DNA from: Candidatus Nomurabacteria bacterium RIFCSPHIGHO2_02_40_30
GTDB taxonomy: Bacteria > Patescibacteriota > Minisyncoccia > Phycocordibacterales > UBA9973
DNA length: 64,000 nt
Assembly (NCBI GenBank): GCA_001785445.1
Contig: MFTV01000010.1
Span: 101,566-165,565, forward strand
Reading direction: 5' to 3'
The position numbers and the translations under genes are program-made. A model generated the notes under the pieces. It was not told the origin of the DNA. It worked only from the letters and a program-made list of their open reading frames with translations, and searched no databases. Positions within the stretch are counted from its first letter, which is position 1, and each line of letters opens with the position of its first letter. This document shows positions 59,085 to 64,000 of this stretch, piece after piece.

Positions 59085-60254
59085 ATGCCAAAAATCAATC
59101 AAGCAATAGAGAGTTTCGCCCGTATTATGGTCATCGGAATAGGCGGGTCAGGCAAGAATGCCATTAACCATATGATAAATTCTAAGGTTAAGGGTGTAAG
59201 TTTTATTTGTATGAATACCGACACGCAGGACTTGCACCACTCGCTCGCTGAGAAGAAAATTCACATAGGGAAAAATCTTACCAAGGGCTTGGGCGCCGGC
59301 ATGGACCCGGAAATCGGAAAAAAAGCCGCTGAAGAAACTAAATCGGAAATCCAAGATGTCATCAAGGGAGCTGATATGATATTCATCGCTTGTGGCATGG
59401 GCGGAGGCACGGGCACAGGCGCCGCGCCGATAGTAGCTCGCGCAGCTAAAGAACAAGGAATATTGACAGTGGCAGTTACCACCAAGCCTTTCTTTTTTGA
59501 AGGCAACCACCGAATGAAAATCGCGGAAAAAGGCATTGAGGAATTGGCCAAAGATGTGGACGCTATCATTACAATTCCAAATGACAAGTTACTGCAATTA
59601 TCTGAAAAAAATACAAATTTTAAAGACGCTTTCGCCAGATGCGATGATGTACTAAGGCAGGCCGTAGAAGGCATTTCCGACTTGATAACCACCCCCGGTA
59701 TTATAAATGTTGACTTCGCAGATATCCGAGCTATTATGTCCGATGCCGGTAGCGCGCTTATGGGTATAGGCCTTGCTTCCGGTGAAAAACGCGCTGAAAA
59801 AGCGGCGCTTCAGGCTATCAATTCTCCCCTTTTAGAAGTCTCTATAAATGGTGCCAAGGGTGTCCTCTTTGCCATTTCCGGCGGAGAAGACGTAACAATC
59901 CAAGAAATTCAAGAGGCTGCTAAAATAATCACCGAGTCAATTGACAAAGATGCGAAGGTGATATTCGGCACAATTAAGGATGAGAAATTGAAAAAGGGTG
60001 AATTAAAAGTCACAGTCATAGCTACCAGCTTCACGGCTGATGCACCTCGCAAAAGTCTTTTTACGGGAACCCTGTTAAAAGAAGAAAATGCGGCTATGGC
60101 TAAAAAGGAGATACATAACAGCATCCAGAGCGGAAGTACCAGCAGTGATTTTTTTAAGAAAGATAAAAAAGCAGAAGTGGAAGAAATAGTTATTGAAGAC
60201 GACGGAGACGACTGGAGCGCTGTTCCAGCATTTTTGAGACGTAAGAAGAATTAG
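59085..60254 (+). CDS. ftsZ: Cell division protein FtsZ
   Basis: Motifs 'IGIGGSGKNAINHM' and 'GGGTGTGAAPIVA', plus a C-terminal conserved peptide. Confidence 0.9.
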   Translation: MPKINQAIESFARIMVIGIGGSGKNAINHMINSKVKGVSFICMNTDTQDLHHSLAEKKIHIGKNLTKGLGAGMDPEIGKKAAEETKSEIQDVIKGADMIFIACGMGGGTGTGAAPIVARAAKEQGILTVAVTTKPFFFEGNHRMKIAEKGIEELAKDVDAIITIPNDKLLQLSEKNTNFKDAFARCDDVLRQAVEGISDLITTPGIINVDFADIRAIMSDAGSALMGIGLASGEKRAEKAALQAINSPLLEVSINGAKGVLFAISGGEDVTIQEIQEAAKIITESIDKDAKVIFGTIKDEKLKKGELKVTVIATSFTADAPRKSLFTGTLLKEENAAMAKKEIHNSIQSGSTSSDFFKKDKKAEVEEIVIEDDGDDWSAVPAFLRRKKN

Positions 60255-60392
60255 AGGAAGTTTTTGAAACAAGCTTTTGTAGGGGTTTCGAGGCTGGCGA
60301 GCCGAGAACTTCAGAGTTTTTTAAGCTTCAAAAAACTCGTACCGAAAAAAGCTTTGTTTCAAAAACTTCTTTACATAGTGTATACTAAATAT

Positions 60393-61364
60393 ATGACTTA
60401 CGATTTAATTATTATCGGGGGTGGACCGGCCGGCGCGGCGGCGGCAGTTTACGCTGCTCGTAAAAGACTACAGACGCTCTTTATTACCAGCGAGTGGGGC
60501 GGGCAAAGTGTAGTCTCCGAGCAAATTTACAACTGGATTGGCACCACTTCCCTCTCGGGAAATGAATTAGCAGAAAATTTTAAAAAGCATGTATTGGCAA
60601 ATGCCATAGGTACTGAAAACCTGAAAGAGGCTGAAGATTTGGGCTCTACGCTTTTAGTAAAAGAAGGTGAAAAAGTAATTTCTCTCACAAGGACAGTCCT
60701 TGAAAATTCCTTTGAAGTTACAACAGAAAATGGCGAGAAATTTTTAGCTAAGACAATTCTAATAACTAGCGGCAGCGGTAGAAGAAAACTTGAGGCAAAG
60801 AATGCCGACAGACTAGAACATAAAGGACTCACTTACTGCGCCTCTTGCGACGGGCCTCTTTTTACCGGTCAGGATGTCGCGGTAGTGGGCGGCGGGAACG
60901 CTGGGTTTGAAACTGCTGCCCAGCTTCTGGCCTATTGTAAATCCGTAACCCTTCTGCACCGTAGTGAGTCTTTTGATAAAGCTGATGAAATTACCGTTGA
61001 TAAAGTTTTGAAAAACCCAAAAATGAAAGCGGTAAAAAATGTGGAAATTTTGGAAATACAAGGCGATAAATTTGTCGAAGGAATAGTATATAAAGACAGA
61101 GCTACCAGCCAAGAAACAGAATTGAAGGTCTCCGGTATTTTCGTGGAAATCGGGCAAATTCCAAATACTAACTTTGTGAAAGATTTGGTTCCGCTTGACG
61201 AAATCGGACGTATAAAAATAAATCCGTTAAATCAAAAAACTTTAGTCCCCGGCATCTGGGCTGCCGGCGACTGCACTGATGTGCTCTATCATCAAAACAA
61301 CATCGCCGCCGGTGATGCCGTCCGCGCCCTCGAAGATATTTATTTGGCAATTCATACTAAATAG
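60393..61364 (+). CDS. trxB: Thioredoxin reductase-like FAD/NAD(P) oxidoreductase
   Basis: Motif 'YDLIIIGGGPAGAAAAVYAAR', redox 'CASCDG', second Rossmann 'VAVVGGGNAGFETA'. ATG at 60393; the ORF-track start 60264 is a 5' over-extension. Confidence 0.8.
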   Translation: MTYDLIIIGGGPAGAAAAVYAARKRLQTLFITSEWGGQSVVSEQIYNWIGTTSLSGNELAENFKKHVLANAIGTENLKEAEDLGSTLLVKEGEKVISLTRTVLENSFEVTTENGEKFLAKTILITSGSGRRKLEAKNADRLEHKGLTYCASCDGPLFTGQDVAVVGGGNAGFETAAQLLAYCKSVTLLHRSESFDKADEITVDKVLKNPKMKAVKNVEILEIQGDKFVEGIVYKDRATSQETELKVSGIFVEIGQIPNTNFVKDLVPLDEIGRIKINPLNQKTLVPGIWAAGDCTDVLYHQNNIAAGDAVRALEDIYLAIHTK

Positions 61365-61398
61365 TTACGTAATCTATTACGTAATACATTACGTAACC
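61365..61398. promoter_or_regulatory. Tandem array of three TTACGTAA palindromic octamers at 12-bp spacing
   Basis: gTTACGTAAtctaTTACGTAAtacaTTACGTAAcc. Lies directly after the trxB stop and ~25 bp upstream of the -35 of the riboswitch promoter. Confidence 0.45.
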
Positions 61399-61420
61399 AA
61401 ATACTTTTCCACAGATTTAA

Positions 61421-61448
61421 TTGACAGGTTTAGATAAAAGCATAAACT
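61421..61448 (+). promoter_or_regulatory. Putative sigma70 promoter for the cobalamin-riboswitch operon
   Basis: TTGACA at 61421-61426, 16-nt spacer, TAAACT at 61443-61448. Confidence 0.4.
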
Positions 61449-61464
61449 TAGTATGTTCCTTTAA

Positions 61465-61645
61465 TAATTTAAAAGAAGTGATTGGGGAAACTGGTTAGAT
61501 TCCAGTACAGTGCCGCTACGGTAAGCCCACGACTTTGTGTCGGGGACAAGTCCGATTACCAATCATTTTTGTTTTTCCCGAGCAGGATATCCTCTTTCGT
61601 TTTTTTACGAAAAAGACTGTAAATTCTGCCCGCAGCAGGATTTTT
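61465..61645 (+). ncRNA. Cobalamin (B12) riboswitch
   Basis: Core 'GGGGAAACTGGTTAGATTCCAGTACAGTGCCGCTACGGTAAGC' matches the cobalamin riboswitch consensus. 'GACAAGTCCGATTACC' is a B12-box-like element. Sits in the 5' leader of a DUF4430 gene; the AGGA RBS is 10 nt before the ATG. Confidence 0.6.
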
Positions 61646-61648
61646 TTT

Positions 61649-62008
61649 ATGTCTAAAAATAATAAAAAATTATATACCGGCCTTGTTATTATTTTACTCT
61701 TTTTTGCTTTTGTTCTAGTTCCCTCTTTTAAAAAAGAAAGTCAGATATCGGATTCAATAATATCCCCTGTAAAATTTGCTCCTAATACTCTTCTGTACGA
61801 TGCTCTGGTGCAAGAAGAAAAAGAAGGTAGAATAGACTTTTCTGGAAAAATGTACCCTAATCTCGGATTTTTTGTAACAGACATTGGAACACTGCATTCT
61901 GGTAACGGTAAAAACCTTATTTATTATATTAACGGCAAAGAAGCGGCTGTCGGCGTTTCTTCCTACAAGCTCAAAGATGGCGACGTCATTGAGTGGAAAT
62001 TGGAATAA
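61649..62008 (+). CDS. Membrane-anchored DUF4430 (transcobalamin beta-domain-like) protein
   Basis: Start MSKNNKK (ATG 61649). TM 'LYTGLVIILLFFAFVLV'. DUF4430-like C-terminus 'LIYYINGKEAAVGVSSYKLKDGDVIEWKL'. Confidence 0.55.
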   Translation: MSKNNKKLYTGLVIILLFFAFVLVPSFKKESQISDSIISPVKFAPNTLLYDALVQEEKEGRIDFSGKMYPNLGFFVTDIGTLHSGNGKNLIYYINGKEAAVGVSSYKLKDGDVIEWKLE

Positions 62009-62035
62009 AACAAGGCTAAGTCTTGTCAAAATTTT

Positions 62036-64000
62036 ATGAAGAAAAAAATATTAAAAATAGGTTTTAGTTTTCTAACAATTTTATTTTTGGGAAGCTTTTT
62101 TGCATCAACAACATTCGCAGCGAATGATGCCTCGGCTATAATTTCCCCCACTGCGGCTTCTACGAACCAAAATCAAACATACACATACACTGTGACCAAC
62201 GGCAGTGCCTCCACTGCCAATCTTGGTTCAGTAGAGATTGTCTTGCCATCCGGATTCGGAACTCCTTCTTCTATAAGTATTTCTTCCGTATCATCCAGTA
62301 AGACATGGTTATTAGGTTCTACCGACGGATATACTAACGGCTTCAATGCATCTACAAGTAAAATTGGAATACAAGCCAGTGGAGCTAGTGATAAGCTCGA
62401 TGTAAACGAATTTGTGGCAGTGCAAGTCACCTCCACTGCGCCCTCTAGCGCGGGGTCGTATGAATGGACTGCTTCTCCCCTTGCTAATCTGGGTTTTAGC
62501 GGCACTCTTTTTAATTTAACTTCTTCGCAACCCACTGTAAATGTTACCGCTCCTGTAACGGTAACGTTCATAATTAGAAATGGCGACACTGTTCTTTACA
62601 ATGGATCCGTCGCTCTTCCCGCTTCAGGCACTGTGTCAATTACCGATTCAAATAGTGTGGCTCATAATGTAAATACCAGAAGTGTCTTGGCTATTTTGAA
62701 AAATATCGATGATGCCAGTAGCGACTTTTCAATTTCCAATTTGCAATACTTTAACTCATTCAATTCGTTTTATCTTAAATGCATACTGCCGAACGGCAGC
62801 TCGGAACTTTGTGATAATTGGCAGTACGCTGTGGGTAGCGTTACTCCCTTCTCTAGTATTGATGCTAGTATACTCTCCGGCGGAGAAACAGTGGGGATTT
62901 ATTTTGGCAACTCGCATCAGCTTGTACTTTCTGCCAACACCATTATTACTGGCGGGTCGTTAAATGTAGCCGCACAATCGTATGACTATGCAAATAATAC
63001 TTGGAATCCACTTACTGGAGTAAATGTGGGTGTAACCTTGCCGAATCCTAATGACCCATGGAGCCCGATTGTTGTTTCGACCCACGCAGTCGATAGCCTT
63101 GGAAATACAAATATTTCACTGTCAACTATAAACACATATACCATTGGCATTGCGGAAGATTTTTATTTTCCTTCTTATAGCCTTACAGTTTCTCCGGTGC
63201 CAAGTGGCACCGGAGGCGGAGGAGCAGTTGTAACACTGCCGTCATCTTTTGACACCTCAAATGCAATTGCTTATTTAAAAAGTGTGCAAGGCGCTGATGG
63301 CTCACTTGGTGACTCTCTTCTCTATAGCGATTGGGCGGCAATTGCTTATGGAGCCCTAAATGTGACTGGTAGCCCAAAAGATAAGCTCCTCACTTACTTT
63401 GATTCTAATAATACAATAAGTTCCCTCTTGACCGACAATGAAAGACATGCCATGGCGCTTCTGGCTCTTGGGCAAAATCCTTATTCATATAACGGCGTAA
63501 ACTATATTAATGCTATCATCAACAGCTTTGACGGCACGCAATTCGGCGACGCAAATTTGATAAATGACGACATCTTCGCGCTTATTCCCCTGGCAAATTC
63601 CGGCTATACTGTAAAGGACGAAATAATTATTAAAGATGTTAATTTTTTAATTTCCAAACAAAAAACAAACGGCTCCTGGGAAGAAAGTGTGGACATAACA
63701 GCGGCGGCAATTCAAGCCTTAAAATCTTTTGAATCCATTGCTGGCATTTCTGGCGCTCTCACAAAAGCGACTGACTATATTATAAGTAAGCAAATTAATG
63801 ACGGCGGCTTTGGAGGTATTTACTCTACAAGCTGGGTAATGCAAGCCATGAGCGCCCTTGGCACGTCGTGGAGCAAGAATAACCACACCCCCATGGACTA
63901 CCTTGCTCTACAGCAGGTAGCAGACGGAGCCGTACTTCCCTCATCCGAAACTCTGCAAAATCGCATTTGGGCTACAAGTTATGCAGTTACGGCGACTTCT
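62036..64000 (+). CDS. Large secreted transcobalamin-like protein: signal peptide, Ser/Thr-rich domain, DUF4430 domain, alpha/alpha-toroid repeats. 3' end truncated by the window.
   Basis: Open frame from ATG 62036 to the window end, with no stop; hand-translated. Signal peptide 'MKKKILKIGFSFLTILFLGSFFASTTFA'. DUF4430-like 'CDNWQYAVGSVTPF...GGETVGIYFG'. Toroid repeats 'ISKQKTNGSWEE' and 'ISKQINDGGFGG'. Not in the ORF track because it has no stop in the window. Confidence 0.6.
   Translation, partial: MKKKILKIGFSFLTILFLGSFFASTTFAANDASAIISPTAASTNQNQTYTYTVTNGSASTANLGSVEIVLPSGFGTPSSISISSVSSSKTWLLGSTDGYTNGFNASTSKIGIQASGASDKLDVNEFVAVQVTSTAPSSAGSYEWTASPLANLGFSGTLFNLTSSQPTVNVTAPVTVTFIIRNGDTVLYNGSVALPASGTVSITDSNSVAHNVNTRSVLAILKNIDDASSDFSISNLQYFNSFNSFYLKCILPNGSSELCDNWQYAVGSVTPFSSIDASILSGGETVGIYFGNSHQLVLSANTIITGGSLNVAAQSYDYANNTWNPLTGVNVGVTLPNPNDPWSPIVVSTHAVDSLGNTNISLSTINTYTIGIAEDFYFPSYSLTVSPVPSGTGGGGAVVTLPSSFDTSNAIAYLKSVQGADGSLGDSLLYSDWAAIAYGALNVTGSPKDKLLTYFDSNNTISSLLTDNERHAMALLALGQNPYSYNGVNYINAIINSFDGTQFGDANLINDDIFALIPLANSGYTVKDEIIIKDVNFLISKQKTNGSWEESVDITAAAIQALKSFESIAGISGALTKATDYIISKQINDGGFGGIYSTSWVMQAMSALGTSWSKNNHTPMDYLALQQVADGAVLPSSETLQNRIWATSYAVTATS

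Noticed and set aside
60415-60450. GC-rich stretches in trxB (ggtggaccggccggcgcggcggcggcag), ftsA (58690-58740) and PBP2 (43590-43620)
   Set aside because: These encode conserved Gly/Ala-rich nucleotide-binding or loop motifs (GGGPAGAAAA, GGGANV). They are not inverted repeats, unlike the purL and PBP2 palindromes.
62173-62963. ORFs 62173-62589(-) and 62709-62963(+) from the track
   Set aside because: They lie inside, or out of frame with, a long plus-strand open frame (62036 to window end) that has a signal peptide and recognisable domains. The track misses that frame because it has no stop in the window.
1-64000. CRISPR arrays, transposases, integrases, restriction-modification or toxin-antitoxin genes
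   Set aside because: I found no regularly spaced direct repeats and no recognisable mobile-element or defence-system ORFs. The repeats present are palindromic insertions or regulatory motifs.

Overview
Low-GC (~35-40%) bacterial chromosomal window, densely packed with housekeeping genes. The gene content (short dnaX, many small hypothetical membrane proteins, Gmad2 and Ada-Zn-like domains) suggests a small-genome, CPR-like or similar lineage, but this cannot be proven from sequence alone. From 5' to 3':

- partial murI; rpmG (L33) with tRNA-Trp
- a membrane sensor/HAMP domain fused to trehalose-6-P synthase, followed by otsB
- a minus-strand operon: tRNA-Leu, murA, miaA, DUF360
- parB; topA and relA/spoT (one minus-strand operon)
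- a GC-rich small secreted Cys-protein under a consensus sigma70 promoter
- dprA, serS, an ftsQ-like gene, dus, dnaX
- a GC-atypical ORF and hypothetical genes around tRNA-Gln
- Gmad2, ogt, DoxX, HAD, yvcK, glmS, GNAT
- tdh and kbl
- an almost complete de novo purine cluster: purSL, purQ, purF, purN, purD, purA, guaB, purH, purE, purM, purC, purB
- envelope genes: PBP2 and the S41 protease ctpA
- rplI and rpmA; lysS with a C-terminal extra domain; greA
- a DapL-type lysine biosynthesis operon (lysA; dapB-dapA-dapL-asd-lysC-dapF). Its aspartokinase lacks ACT domains, and the operon is flanked by two paralogous stand-alone ACT-like proteins.
- rpsU, ybeY, ftsA, ftsZ, trxB
- a cobalamin riboswitch driving a DUF4430 protein and a large secreted transcobalamin-like protein (alpha/alpha-toroid plus DUF4430), truncated at the window end.

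The main points of interest are:
- two GC-rich perfect palindromes inserted in frame inside purL and PBP2, analogous to Rickettsia palindromic elements
- the sensor-OtsA fusion
- the split aspartokinase with duplicated regulatory subunits
- the B12-riboswitch capture operon
- a recurring TTACGTAA palindromic motif, including a 3x tandem array

No CRISPR array, transposase or integrase was found.
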